64,000 nt of DNA, taken from Opitutales bacterium. Lineage in GTDB: Bacteria; Verrucomicrobiota; Verrucomicrobiia; Opitutales; PNEW01. A program made the translations under genes and the position numbers. Location of the stretch: contig CBDANS010000006.1 of NCBI GenBank assembly GCA_965197745.1, positions 256,001-320,000 of the forward strand, read 5' to 3'. Positions 1 to 10,491 of this stretch are shown here, in pieces; positions within the stretch are counted from its first letter, which is position 1; each line of letters starts with the position of its first letter. The notes under the pieces are model-generated. The model was not told the DNA's origin. It did no database searches and saw nothing but the letters and a program-made list of their open reading frames with translations.

Positions 1-151
1 CACCTTTGAAATGGAATGGCCACCACGATCCGGAAAAAAGCAGCTTATTCCAGAATTAGATAGAGCCGGGATGTTTATCGTCAACGAAGCTAAATTAAAG
101 ATAAATAAAGCCCAGGTTCCTTTTATTGAAAGGCTGGAAGCTCTGATTTAG
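1..151 (+). CDS. 3' end of a NUDIX-family (COG4119-like) hydrolase, partial
   Basis: Own translation of frame 2: TFEMEWPPRSGKKQLIPELDRAGMF...EALI*. FEMEWPPRSG..PE.DRA is characteristic of this NUDIX subfamily. Confidence 0.75.
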   Translation, partial: TFEMEWPPRSGKKQLIPELDRAGMFIVNEAKLKINKAQVPFIERLEALI

Positions 152-210
152 ACAATCTCGCGATCCTTATTTATCATTGTAAATCAATCACTGCCTTTAT
201 GGCAATAGGT

Positions 211-1449
211 TCAAAATTTAAGGATTAATTGAGTGGCGGCAAATTGTTGGCCTTGCTCAAATTCTCCATCCTGATCGCTGAAACTGTATTGTAATTTAAA
301 TTGAAGGTGCTGGTTAAGACGCAGCCCTATGACCACATCATAGCGCGCGACAGGGCGATCCCATGGTCTTTCAATTCCCCTGCTGTCAGCAATTTTTTCG
401 AAAAATTGCTGTCCCCAGCGCACCGCCGTATAGAGGCGCGGAGACACTTTATATTTTGCCTCAAGATAATAAGCCATTGTGCCCAGTTGATCGACGTTTG
501 GCACATTGAAATTACTATAAATAAGTTCCGCCCACATCTGAAGATGTCCTCGGGCCCAGGCAAGATCGGCTCCGAAAGTAAATTGATCATAATCATCAAG
601 ATTTTTTCCCGCAGGTAACAAGGGGGCTGTTTTATCTTGAAGATAGGGTCCCTGGCTGAAGGATACTCCATAGTTCCAGGCTGCATTGGGATGATATCCC
701 AAGCGACCGATCCATGTGGGACGATTGAAATCAAAATTATCCCAAAGCGTTGGGCGCGAAGATAGCGCTGTATTTTTAATGGATACCGCGTAGTCGACAT
801 TTCCTGAACTACCAAACAGGGAAACCCCCGGAGTATAAACTGGCCCCCATATGACCGGGACCCAGGATTTTTTTGCATCAGCATTATTTTGCAATAGAAG
901 AAACCGGTCCCTATTGGGCATGACACTGCTATCGAGAATCACCGTTACATATTCGTAGGGTAAGGGTGCGTTGATGAAAGGATTTTCCCAGGTATCGTGC
1001 CGACCCGACCAGTTTCCGAATTCCGTAGCAAACGCTCCTATCTGAAAATTCACGCTGTCGTTAAATCCCGATAAACGCAAAAAATACTCATCGATACGAA
1101 CATCGTTATCCCTGTAACCGGGATCGAATCCACGATCCCATCGAAATTTAGCAAAACCGTATATATTTTTACCAACGAAGGTGTCTAAATAAAGCGTTAA
1201 CCGTGGATTAAAGAAAAACTTATCATCGGAAAATATCAGGCCCGGTGGTGGATCATCATTATAATAGAGATCGAGATTTACCAGACCACTGACCTGGGCC
1301 TGAACAATCTCTTGAGGCGTTGAAAAAATGAGCGCCTCTGAGAGTTGATCAAGCAAATCGGTCCCGCCAAAGAGGGCCAGGGGGCAAGCGAATACCGAAA
1401 ACAAAGTGATCGGCAGACATTTACGCTTAACATAATTATGAGGCATCAA
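211..1449 (-). CDS. Predicted outer-membrane beta-barrel (porin-like) protein
   Basis: N-terminal signal-like segment, many alternating aromatic beta strands, C-terminal Phe (QLILKF). Confidence 0.65.
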   Translation of the reverse strand: MMPHNYVKRKCLPITLFSVFACPLALFGGTDLLDQLSEALIFSTPQEIVQAQVSGLVNLDLYYNDDPPPGLIFSDDKFFFNPRLTLYLDTFVGKNIYGFAKFRWDRGFDPGYRDNDVRIDEYFLRLSGFNDSVNFQIGAFATEFGNWSGRHDTWENPFINAPLPYEYVTVILDSSVMPNRDRFLLLQNNADAKKSWVPVIWGPVYTPGVSLFGSSGNVDYAVSIKNTALSSRPTLWDNFDFNRPTWIGRLGYHPNAAWNYGVSFSQGPYLQDKTAPLLPAGKNLDDYDQFTFGADLAWARGHLQMWAELIYSNFNVPNVDQLGTMAYYLEAKYKVSPRLYTAVRWGQQFFEKIADSRGIERPWDRPVARYDVVIGLRLNQHLQFKLQYSFSDQDGEFEQGQQFAATQLILKF

Positions 1450-3226
1450 TACTTAGTAATCGGTAGGCGGTCATAGTTTCACTGATACCTTTAAGATTGA
1501 GATTTTCTTTGGGTTCAATTTCCGATCTTCCCTGCAAACTATCACCCGTGGCAGAATCGAGAAGAACTTCCATGGGAGTTGCCACGCTGCATAATCGAGA
1601 GGTAAGGTTAACCTGTCCCCCCAACACCGTATAATTGAGCCGATCGTCTGAACCCATGCACCCCGCGACAACTTCACCGGAACTAAGACCGATCCCGATA
1701 TTGAAATTGTATCGGCCCGAATGATTAAGACGTTTTCGTTCTTCCACCATCATCAGCGCGCATTGCGCGGCATTAAAGGTATCCGCCCCGTAACTGCGAG
1801 GAGCACCGAAAATAACCATGATTTCATCTCCAATATATTTATCGACAACGCCATGATGCTTGTAGACAACATTTGTCATCGCCGTCATATGTTCATTGAG
1901 CATGTTTATAACCTCTGACGGCGACATCCCTGAAGTTAGCCGGGTAAATCCCCGAATATCGCAAAAGAGTACGGTTATATCTCGCAGTTCACCCCCGAGC
2001 TCAACCGTTCCATTCATTAACTCGTCCGCTACCTCCCGATCAGTCACTTTGTCAAGAACACTGCGGTATTTTTCCTTCAGCGCGAGATCAGTGCTCATAG
2101 AATTAAAAGAACCCGTAAGCATACCAATTTCATCGCGACTGCGTATCGGTAAATTGACATCAAAATTTCCTTTCTGAATTTCTTCCGTCCCTTTGACCAG
2201 ATCAAGAATAGGCCGTGTCATCTGATGCGAGGCGATAAAACTTAATAGCACCGCGCCGATAACTGCCAGCGATGCGAATCCGAAAATGGAACGACGAAGC
2301 TGGTCAATTAGCGTCTGCAATTCCGCGAGTGAAAATAAAGTGAAGTGATGTACATCCGGAAATCGAGACTCAGTCGATAATGACTGATGAAATAAGAGGT
2401 GGGGTGTACCATCAATTTCAATTTTGGGTGTTATATCCGAAGTGCCTGAGAGGTCGCGGCCAATGATTTGTTCCATGTGTTTATATACATCCTCCGTAAT
2501 ACTGTCTGAATAGACAGATCCTGAAAGAAAGAGTCCGTTTTTCAGACCTTCAGTGCTTTTGCCGGTTAAAGCGGGCATTGAAGCCTGGGGAACGCCAAAG
2601 ATAAGATCGCCATGAAAATCATCGGTGAAGGGATCAAAGAGTTGGGTAACAATAATTTCGTAAAGCCCCTCCACTCCCATACCTCCGAGAATCAGGTATC
2701 CAACTTCGTCTCCCATTTCAGGGTGAAAACCACTGGAAAGTTGTTCGAGGGTCGTTGAGAGTGCACCTTCATCCATACCCTTTATATAACCCGCACTTGA
2801 GTCAGAGGGTACGGTCATTTTACCGTCGGCATTTATATAGCGGAAAAAGGGTGAGGCGGGATTGTTCTCGTTTTCGAGAAGCAAGTGATAACGTTCAAAT
2901 ATTTCGTTCAGTTCAAAACCAAGATCACTGTAGAATCTATCCAGGTTGCCGGCATCAAGCGCTGCGATGAGGCGGACATTGCGTACCGCATCTCCAATGG
3001 CTTCCTTAGCCGAGGCCAAACGAGCTTCCTGTTTTTCAAAAAATAAATCAAATTGATCTTCAAACTGCTCCGAGAGGAAATCTCTGTATACCGCATCCAC
3101 CTTATTTCGTGTCACATACAAGGTGCTTACAGAAATTGCTAATACAATGACAAGCATCGCGATCATAAGCTTATATTTAAAACTGATAGCGATTACGGGC
3201 GAAGTTGTGTGAGGAGCATTCACCAC
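1436..3226 (-). CDS. Membrane-bound class III adenylate cyclase with periplasmic domain and HAMP
   Basis: Two TM segments, HAMP (RSRDEIGMLTGSFNSM), catalytic motifs LFCDIRGFT, DKYIGDEIM and YTVLGGQVNLTSRL. Confidence 0.9.
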   Translation of the reverse strand: MVNAPHTTSPVIAISFKYKLMIAMLVIVLAISVSTLYVTRNKVDAVYRDFLSEQFEDQFDLFFEKQEARLASAKEAIGDAVRNVRLIAALDAGNLDRFYSDLGFELNEIFERYHLLLENENNPASPFFRYINADGKMTVPSDSSAGYIKGMDEGALSTTLEQLSSGFHPEMGDEVGYLILGGMGVEGLYEIIVTQLFDPFTDDFHGDLIFGVPQASMPALTGKSTEGLKNGLFLSGSVYSDSITEDVYKHMEQIIGRDLSGTSDITPKIEIDGTPHLLFHQSLSTESRFPDVHHFTLFSLAELQTLIDQLRRSIFGFASLAVIGAVLLSFIASHQMTRPILDLVKGTEEIQKGNFDVNLPIRSRDEIGMLTGSFNSMSTDLALKEKYRSVLDKVTDREVADELMNGTVELGGELRDITVLFCDIRGFTRLTSGMSPSEVINMLNEHMTAMTNVVYKHHGVVDKYIGDEIMVIFGAPRSYGADTFNAAQCALMMVEERKRLNHSGRYNFNIGIGLSSGEVVAGCMGSDDRLNYTVLGGQVNLTSRLCSVATPMEVLLDSATGDSLQGRSEIEPKENLNLKGISETMTAYRLLSIDAS

Positions 3227-3907
3227 TTATTCTCTGGAAAAATCTACTTTTACCGTTTCTCCCTTTATAAGGACAATTTCTCTCGCGTGGACTGTCTTTT
3301 CACTTATCCAGGCTTTAAGCGTAAAATTGCCTTCCGGCAATCCCGTTAGCCGGTAAACCCCATTTTTATCAGATCGTGTATAGTAGAGACTTTCAAGGAC
3401 GAGGATGAAGGCCCGCATATGATTATGAACTTCACAGAATACTTTTACGAGGCCGGGTTTATCAAAGAGAATAGATGGCACATTCTCACTCTTTCGGTAC
3501 CGGCCCAGATCAAAGCTTTTAGCTGGTGAATATGAAAATACATTGTGATAAGTATCATCTCGATTAGGAAAATTTATGGATGTGCCTACTATAACAGGCA
3601 GTATTCGCGGTGAAAATTGAAGCCCTTGTTGCAAAAGCTCTGGAGCTACTTCAGGGGGGATCAAAGCTTTTTTTTTAAAACTGCCTTCCAGATAGATCAC
3701 GGCTACCGGCGGTTCCGGAGGCAATTGTGGCGAGTTACCCGATTTTCCGTATCGCTTGGTAAGTCGGGGTCGCTTTGTCGCCTCGGCGAGATCAACGACA
3801 CCCTCGACCGCAGCAGCCTGCAGTCTGTACCTGCCACCGACTGCCGCTGAGAGTAATAATACTACAATCAAACATCGTATTACAATATACACTACCCGCT
3901 GATTCAT
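3227..3907 (-). CDS. Exported cupredoxin-like / carboxypeptidase-regulatory-like domain protein
   Basis: FPNRDDTYHNVFS and VFCEVHNHMRAFI (H...C-x2-H-x2-M type-1 copper-like ligands). Start moved to ATG 3907 ahead of the signal peptide. Confidence 0.75.
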   Translation of the reverse strand: MNQRVVYIVIRCLIVVLLLSAAVGGRYRLQAAAVEGVVDLAEATKRPRLTKRYGKSGNSPQLPPEPPVAVIYLEGSFKKKALIPPEVAPELLQQGLQFSPRILPVIVGTSINFPNRDDTYHNVFSYSPAKSFDLGRYRKSENVPSILFDKPGLVKVFCEVHNHMRAFILVLESLYYTRSDKNGVYRLTGLPEGNFTLKAWISEKTVHAREIVLIKGETVKVDFSRE

Positions 3908-4104
3908 CGGGAAAAAATCGGTTATGGGATAGTCTGATATACTGAATAGTGTGCTCTTAAAAATTCTATATAATTGCTGTAGGTTCAATATTAACCTTAT
4001 GAATAATATAAGAGTTTGACGCCGGGCAATAATATTAAATACATCAATAAGCAGCACATTCTCTAATATATTAAAACCTTTTTTACTTCAGGGATATAAA
4101 TAAT

Positions 4105-5106
4105 ATGACCAGACCCGTAACTTTATTCACCGGCCAATGGGCGGACATGACACTCGTCGATTTAGCCAATCTGACGAAGGAAATAGGCTTTGACGGCCTC
4201 GAATTGGCTTGTTGGGGGGATCATCTCGACCCCTTTCAAGCAGCCAAGGATGAGTCTTATTGTAAAGCGAAGCGCGACTTGCTCGCCGAAAACAATCTGC
4301 AACTTTTTTCTATTTCCAATCACCTTGCGGGACAACTTACCTGTGATCCGAATGATGATAGTCGATCCGATGCATTTGCCCCACCCGAGTGCGCAGGTGA
4401 TGCAGAAAAGAAACGTTCCTGGGCAGTGGAGGCGATGAAAAATACCGCGCATGCCGCGAAAAACTTGGACCTGAAGGTCGTTAACGGATTCACCGGTTCA
4501 TCCATCTGGCATATGCTCTATTCCTTTCCCCCGGTGAGCAACGAAATGATAGACGACGGGTTCAAGTACTTCGCCGAGATATGGAACCCCATTCTCGATG
4601 TATTCGAGGAGTGCGGTGTACGCTTCGCCCTCGAAGTACATCCCACGGAAATCGCCTTCGACATTTACACCGCGGAACGCGCACTCGAGGCGATCGGTCA
4701 ACGCAAAGAATTTGGTTTTAATTTTGACCCCAGCCATCTTCACTGGCAATTCGTCGACCCCGTCGATTTTATTAACACCTTTTCTGACAGGATTTATCAT
4801 GTCCACATGAAAGACGCGATCCGCCACCTGAACGGCCGAACGGGCATCCTTGCATCTCATTTAGACTTTGGCGATTATCGCCGTGGTTGGGACTTTCGTT
4901 CTGTCGGTCGCGGGGAAGTGGATTTTGAAGCAATTATTCGCGCGCTTAATCGCATCAACTATGAAGGACCTCTCTCAATCGAATGGGAAGATAGCGGAAT
5001 GGATCGCATTCAGGGCGCGGCGGAATCCTGCGCCTTTACCAAAGAGATTGATTTCCAATCCAGTGAAATCGCATTTGACGACCCCTTTAACGAAAAGAAT
5101 CGGTAG
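4105..5106 (+). CDS. Sugar phosphate isomerase/epimerase (xylose-isomerase-like TIM barrel)
   Basis: FALEVHPTEIAFD, NFDPSH, HVHMKD and SIEWED metal motifs. Confidence 0.9.
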   Translation: MTRPVTLFTGQWADMTLVDLANLTKEIGFDGLELACWGDHLDPFQAAKDESYCKAKRDLLAENNLQLFSISNHLAGQLTCDPNDDSRSDAFAPPECAGDAEKKRSWAVEAMKNTAHAAKNLDLKVVNGFTGSSIWHMLYSFPPVSNEMIDDGFKYFAEIWNPILDVFEECGVRFALEVHPTEIAFDIYTAERALEAIGQRKEFGFNFDPSHLHWQFVDPVDFINTFSDRIYHVHMKDAIRHLNGRTGILASHLDFGDYRRGWDFRSVGRGEVDFEAIIRALNRINYEGPLSIEWEDSGMDRIQGAAESCAFTKEIDFQSSEIAFDDPFNEKNR

Positions 5107-5138
5107 ATAATTAATATATTATATTAATAGAGAAACAA

Positions 5139-6293
5139 ATGAACAGAAAGCTTCGTATGGGAATGGTTGGCGGAGGACGTGACGCCTTTATTGGATCGGT
5201 CCACCGTGCGGCCGCCCTACTCGATGGTAAGGTTGAACTTGTTTCTGGATGCTTTTCATCCACCGAGAAAAAATCAAAATTGTCCGGGAAGGATCTTCTC
5301 ATCGACTCAAAACGGATATACGGAACTTATCTGCAAATGGCAAAAGCGGAAGCCTCATTGCCGCGGAACCAGCGCATCGATTTTGTTTCCATTGTCACTC
5401 CTAATGACACTCATGTTCCCATTGCCTCGACGTTCCTGAAAGCCGGTTTCAATATTATCTGTGATAAACCATTAGGAATCAGCCTGACCGAAGCGAGGAA
5501 ACTTCGCGCCCTCGTAAGGAAAAGCGGCAAGGTCTTTGCCTTCACCCATAACTACACCGGTTATCCCCTGGTCAAGGAAGCGCGCCACATGGTGAGCAGA
5601 GGGATGATCGGCAAAGTAATTAAAGTTGTTTCCGAATACCCTCAAGGTTGGCTCATCAACCCGCTTGAGAAAGAGGGCCATAAAGGAGCAACATGGCGTT
5701 TAAACGTCAACACCGGTATTTCCAGTTGCGTCGCGGATATTGGCACCCACGCAGAAAACCTGGTACGTTATATTACCAACCTTAAAATTGATTCCCTGTG
5801 CGCGGAATTCACCTCATTCGTGGCCGGTCGAAAACTCGAAGACGACGCTAATATCCTTGTCCGGTTTAAAGGTGGGGCTAAAGGGATCATCTTTGCTTCA
5901 CAGATTTCTACGGGGGAAGAAAACGGTTTTAACATTCGCGTCTACGGTACTAAAGGTTCCATTACCTGGAAGCAGGAAAACCCCAACACCCTGACCCTGA
6001 AATTTGCCGATAAACCCAGCCATCTTTATAAAGCGGGTAATGATTATTTATCAAACGTTGCCAAGTTGAATACCCGCTTACCGGCAGGTCATCCCGAAGG
6101 ATTTATCGAGGCCTTCGCTAATATTTATCGAGAGGCAGTCAGTGCCATTAGTGACGAAGTTGCCGGTAGAAAATTGAAAAAGAACTACGATTTTCCCACC
6201 GTCGACGATGGCGTTCACGGAATGGCTTTCATCGAAACCTGTATTAAATCTGCCCGCTCTAAGCAAAAGTGGACACCGTTTCCAAAGCTGTAA
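5139..6293 (+). CDS. Gfo/Idh/MocA family oxidoreductase
   Basis: GMVGGGRDAFIG Rossmann start, ICDKP, DIGTH. Confidence 0.9.
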   Translation: MNRKLRMGMVGGGRDAFIGSVHRAAALLDGKVELVSGCFSSTEKKSKLSGKDLLIDSKRIYGTYLQMAKAEASLPRNQRIDFVSIVTPNDTHVPIASTFLKAGFNIICDKPLGISLTEARKLRALVRKSGKVFAFTHNYTGYPLVKEARHMVSRGMIGKVIKVVSEYPQGWLINPLEKEGHKGATWRLNVNTGISSCVADIGTHAENLVRYITNLKIDSLCAEFTSFVAGRKLEDDANILVRFKGGAKGIIFASQISTGEENGFNIRVYGTKGSITWKQENPNTLTLKFADKPSHLYKAGNDYLSNVAKLNTRLPAGHPEGFIEAFANIYREAVSAISDEVAGRKLKKNYDFPTVDDGVHGMAFIETCIKSARSKQKWTPFPKL

Positions 6294-6329
6294 TCAAAAG
6301 CCGGACGGATTAGACAAAGGCGGATTTAA

Positions 6330-7271
6330 CTAAACGCATACATCATCGGGTTCTACTTCCACCGGGTTACGCAGAATTCCCACATTATCAATTATCGACT
6401 CCATTACATCACCAGGTTTAAGCTCATCGGCAGTGACTGTTCCCGTCGCAACGACATCACCCGGCTCCATTGTCATGAATGAAGAGATGTATTCAACCAG
6501 TTCTGGGATTTTAAAATGCATCCGTGAAGTATTGCCTTCGGACATTTCCTTTCCATTGAGCCGGGTTCTGAAATCCAGATTTAATGGATCAGTTATTTCA
6601 TCTTTAGTAACGATCGCAGGTCCCATGCACGAGAAGGTGTCAAACCATTTCCCGTATAGCCAGTCCATACGCGGGGGTTCTCCTTCTTCGGGATCATCCA
6701 TCCATCCAAACATCCCGGCGTCGTTGAAAACCGTATATCCGACAATATATTCATAGGCTCTATCGGCCGGTATATAACGTCCCCTTTTTCCGATAACGAA
6801 CCCCAACTCCACTTCAGAAACCGCGTTATTGAAGCGACGTGGGCAATATATAGGCTGTTCGTGGCCATTTATAGATGATACGGGTTTGGCAAACATATAA
6901 GGGTACTTGGCAATCGGCGCTTTTTCAAATTCTGACATGTCTGGATAATTGCGCGCTATCCCTATAATTTTACCCGGTCGTGGAACCGGTGCTGCCAGCG
7001 TTACGGTCTCCAGTGGAAGGGCCAGGTTATTTCCATTCGGGCCTTTGTCGCGACTCCCCTCATGGAAATATTTGGATGCGGTATCAAGTAGTTCCAGGGC
7101 GTTATCCCCTAAAGACAAAAACGCGATTATTTCTGACGGCATATTAGATGAGGCTGCTTTCTTTTCCTCTTCGTAGGCGGTGATCACTTCTGAGGAATCA
7201 TAAACTGAATTATCTAAGATTACTCCAAACCTCAGTTCCTTATCCGAATTACTATAGGTGACTAGTTTCAT
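6330..7271 (-). CDS. Fumarylacetoacetate hydrolase family protein
   Basis: KIIGIARNY, EVELGFVIGK, GYTVFND, GKWFDTF, PGDVVATGT. Confidence 0.9.
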   Translation of the reverse strand: MKLVTYSNSDKELRFGVILDNSVYDSSEVITAYEEEKKAASSNMPSEIIAFLSLGDNALELLDTASKYFHEGSRDKGPNGNNLALPLETVTLAAPVPRPGKIIGIARNYPDMSEFEKAPIAKYPYMFAKPVSSINGHEQPIYCPRRFNNAVSEVELGFVIGKRGRYIPADRAYEYIVGYTVFNDAGMFGWMDDPEEGEPPRMDWLYGKWFDTFSCMGPAIVTKDEITDPLNLDFRTRLNGKEMSEGNTSRMHFKIPELVEYISSFMTMEPGDVVATGTVTADELKPGDVMESIIDNVGILRNPVEVEPDDVCV

Positions 7272-7547
7272 GGCAAATTTCCGATTCTGATTAACGATGC
7301 CCTGTGCTAATTAAAAGATCTCTTTGGAAAGTCAATCGCATTCAACAGGTGTAACACACAGGATATTTTTAAGCCCCCTGTTTACGAGGGATTTTCTTAT
7401 TTTTTATTTTTTCCTATCATCCTGAAATATATTAATGCAGTAATTTCAAAATGACTATCAATTGACATAGTTAAGGTATTATATAGTTTTGCTGCACCAA
7501 ACAGCATATTAAATAACGGATTATACCTGTTAAATTTTATTACCTTA

Positions 7548-9896
7548 GTGAGTGGGCTTCAATTAAGTGTATATATCTGTATAGGATTCATCGGCCTGGC
7601 TTTTAATATATATTTATCGACCAAGACCGCCATCTCTCTACTTCAGCGGTTTAAATTAAAGGATATATCTGCCGTCACCGCCTGGCAATTGCTCCTGCTA
7701 TTGATCATCGCCCAGATGATTCTAGTATGTCTTGTCCTGGGGTATGCAGGGATCCTGAATTTCGGGACAATCACGATTTCCCATCTATCTTTATTTTTAA
7801 TTGCCTGGTTCAATCATCGGCGTGTGGAGAAAACCCCGGGAACAAACACCCGTAATGAGTTATTCATCTTAATTTTTAAAAGTCCATTTTCCAGGGCAAA
7901 GGAATACTTTTGTTCAAGAGAACACCATACCATATATAAATCGGCGGTCATTATTGTGGGCGTAATAATGACAATGATGGTTCTCGTTAATCTTTTAACA
8001 GAACCTTTAAATTATGATTCCCATACATACCGCTTAAGCCGTATCAGCTACTGGCTGCAGGACTCTTCCATTCGCCATTTCGAAACTTCGGAAGAACGGA
8101 TGAATTATACGCCATTCAATGCTGACCTCGTTATGCTCTGGTTGACCAGTTTTTCTCCCATAGGATATCCATTTGTTAAATTTCCCCAGTTTTTCGGCGG
8201 GTTACTTTGCCTTCTCGCCGTTTATGGTTTTTGCCAATCATTGAATATTTCCAAACCGTTATCCCTCCTCGCTCTGCTCCTTGTTATGAGCATGCCCCAT
8301 CTGGCGATACAAATGATCAGCAGCCAGACGGATCTTTTTACCGCCGGGTGCATGAATAGCGGTTTATATTTTTTATTCATCGGTATTAAAAACCACCGTC
8401 CATTCTATCTTGTTCCAGCCTGGCTGGGAATCGCCCTTGCCATCGGCGCCAAAGGCACCGTTTTTTACTGGATCTTTGGACTCGCCATAGCATTTATCCT
8501 CTGGGTATGGACCTATCGGATCAGCTGGAAATTCCTGACCCTGACTATACTAGCTGCCTTTGTATTTATCGGGATTTTCGGATCTCCCCGTTATCTTGAG
8601 AATACAATCCACTATGGAAATCCCCTGGCACCGGTCATTGACATTGAAAAACGACATCCGTCAACAGAAGCGCCGCGTTACAAAGTAGCTACTTTAAATG
8701 CTTTGTCCTATTTGACTGAAAATTTAGAATCGCATTCAAATCCGCTTATTCCTGATTTTATTCTCTCAGCTGCTGCCGACGCATTTTATAAAATATACCC
8801 TGATGTCAGTATCGATTACGAAGGTTATGAGCAGAAAGCGGCCGTAAAACGTTTTTTAAGTTTCCAGACTTTTGAATCAGACCGAGCGACTCCTGGAATG
8901 CTCAGTTGCATTCTATTTATTCTCGGTGGCATTTATGCCTCCTTTAGATTGATTTTCAAACGCGATCAATCTGCTCTTCATATTTTTACTCTTTTTATGG
9001 CGGTACTCGGATTTCTCCTGTTTTTCTGTCTTATCGCAAAATGGTCGCCATTCAAGCACCGCTATTTCGTGCTCTTCTCTCCTTTTATGGCAATTGTGGG
9101 TGTTTACCCTTTCACACTACTTGGCGCCCGTTACTGCAAATGGTTGATCGGTTTATTGTCTTTGAATTTAATCATTTTCAGCTACAGCCTCTTTTTTCTC
9201 AATACCCACAGTAGTTTTAAAAATATTTTTGCCCCCAGTGAAATTATTACCGCTATCAATTTAAGGGAGATCAATGGAATGCTTAACCAGGTGTCAGATC
9301 AGGGAGACCATATAGCGGTTGCCCGTCGAAACGATGTCCTTTTATCCCCCCTCTTTCGCAATGGCCGGAATCAGACAGTGCGCTTTTTTCAACCAAAGGT
9401 GATTGCCTCTGACTACGATAGCCCACGTGAATTTTTAATGGATACGGGCTTTGATGTTTTGATTTCAGAACCCCGTCTATTCCATAATCGTAATGGTAAT
9501 ATATTTTCCTATTCTTATATTAACTTTTTCAGAGGCCCGAGTCAGAATTGGGTGGTTGGCTATCGCTTGCTGAAAAAAGATGAACAACCGATCGGTTTTA
9601 TTGAATTTTATGAGAAACGGGAATCAGAAGATGGACCCGTCCGTCATTACACCTTTTCGATACAAAATAATCATCAACATGTTGTCCCTTTTTATGTGGG
9701 AAATACTTTCAAGAAAGAGGTTGCCGTGGAAATTTCTTCCGCGTTTGTAGATGATAAAATTATATTGAAACCCGGCGCTGAAAATAAAATCGAGATCAAT
9801 TCTGAAATTAATGATACTATAGACTTCAGGGTAAAATTAGATCACGAGACAATAAAAAATTCTTATCAGCGGGCTTTCTTTATCCCCCTGCTTTAG
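7548..9896 (+). CDS. Polytopic membrane glycosyltransferase (GT-C fold, ArnT/PMT-like)
   Basis: Many TM helices, NYDSHTY in the first large loop, QTDL, GAKGT, NTIHYGNPL. Confidence 0.65.
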   Translation: MSGLQLSVYICIGFIGLAFNIYLSTKTAISLLQRFKLKDISAVTAWQLLLLLIIAQMILVCLVLGYAGILNFGTITISHLSLFLIAWFNHRRVEKTPGTNTRNELFILIFKSPFSRAKEYFCSREHHTIYKSAVIIVGVIMTMMVLVNLLTEPLNYDSHTYRLSRISYWLQDSSIRHFETSEERMNYTPFNADLVMLWLTSFSPIGYPFVKFPQFFGGLLCLLAVYGFCQSLNISKPLSLLALLLVMSMPHLAIQMISSQTDLFTAGCMNSGLYFLFIGIKNHRPFYLVPAWLGIALAIGAKGTVFYWIFGLAIAFILWVWTYRISWKFLTLTILAAFVFIGIFGSPRYLENTIHYGNPLAPVIDIEKRHPSTEAPRYKVATLNALSYLTENLESHSNPLIPDFILSAAADAFYKIYPDVSIDYEGYEQKAAVKRFLSFQTFESDRATPGMLSCILFILGGIYASFRLIFKRDQSALHIFTLFMAVLGFLLFFCLIAKWSPFKHRYFVLFSPFMAIVGVYPFTLLGARYCKWLIGLLSLNLIIFSYSLFFLNTHSSFKNIFAPSEIITAINLREINGMLNQVSDQGDHIAVARRNDVLLSPLFRNGRNQTVRFFQPKVIASDYDSPREFLMDTGFDVLISEPRLFHNRNGNIFSYSYINFFRGPSQNWVVGYRLLKKDEQPIGFIEFYEKRESEDGPVRHYTFSIQNNHQHVVPFYVGNTFKKEVAVEISSAFVDDKIILKPGAENKIEINSEINDTIDFRVKLDHETIKNSYQRAFFIPLL

Positions 9897-10095
9897 GGAG
9901 CCATACCATTGGCGATTGTCGATCGTAGATTTTAAATGCTGTTTTCAATTGTTAGTTAAGGGGATTATCAATAAATGCCAGGTAATATTCGGTTAAATTA
10001 TAGAAATACATCTTTCCATAATTTAAATAAAAAGAATGCTGAAATAAAACCGCACAGGTTAATCGGCGATCGCAATTCGAAGACCGCAAATTATC

Positions 10096-10488
10096 TCAAA
10101 CCCATTGGGGTGTTTTAAATAGCGTTGATCCGTAAAAGAAAAATTTCAGGACCGTAAAAACGATAGAAATAAGAACTATGGCAAGAAGGTAATACAATCC
10201 TAACCAGCTGTGTATAATGATGAATATGATATATTCCACCACGCGAAATCCTATCGATGACAAAACGAAATATAAAAATTGCCTGCCCGGTTTTGATTTC
10301 TGTGCTTTGAATACGGCATAACGCAGACCAAGAAAGTTAGTAACCAGCACTGTGACAAGCGCGATGGCGTAGGAAAGTTCTTCATGAAGGCCGATATATT
10401 CATGGCAAAAAAAGGTCACCCCGATATTTACGATGAAACTGAAACCGGAAAGTCCCCCGAATTTTAGAAAATTATTAATAGATTTCAT
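10096..10488 (-). CDS. GtrA family protein
   Basis: 130 aa, four TM segments, FLKFG start and YAVF motif, next to GT2 genes. Confidence 0.8.
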   Translation of the reverse strand: MKSINNFLKFGGLSGFSFIVNIGVTFFCHEYIGLHEELSYAIALVTVLVTNFLGLRYAVFKAQKSKPGRQFLYFVLSSIGFRVVEYIIFIIIHSWLGLYYLLAIVLISIVFTVLKFFFYGSTLFKTPQWV

Positions 10489-10491
10489 TAA

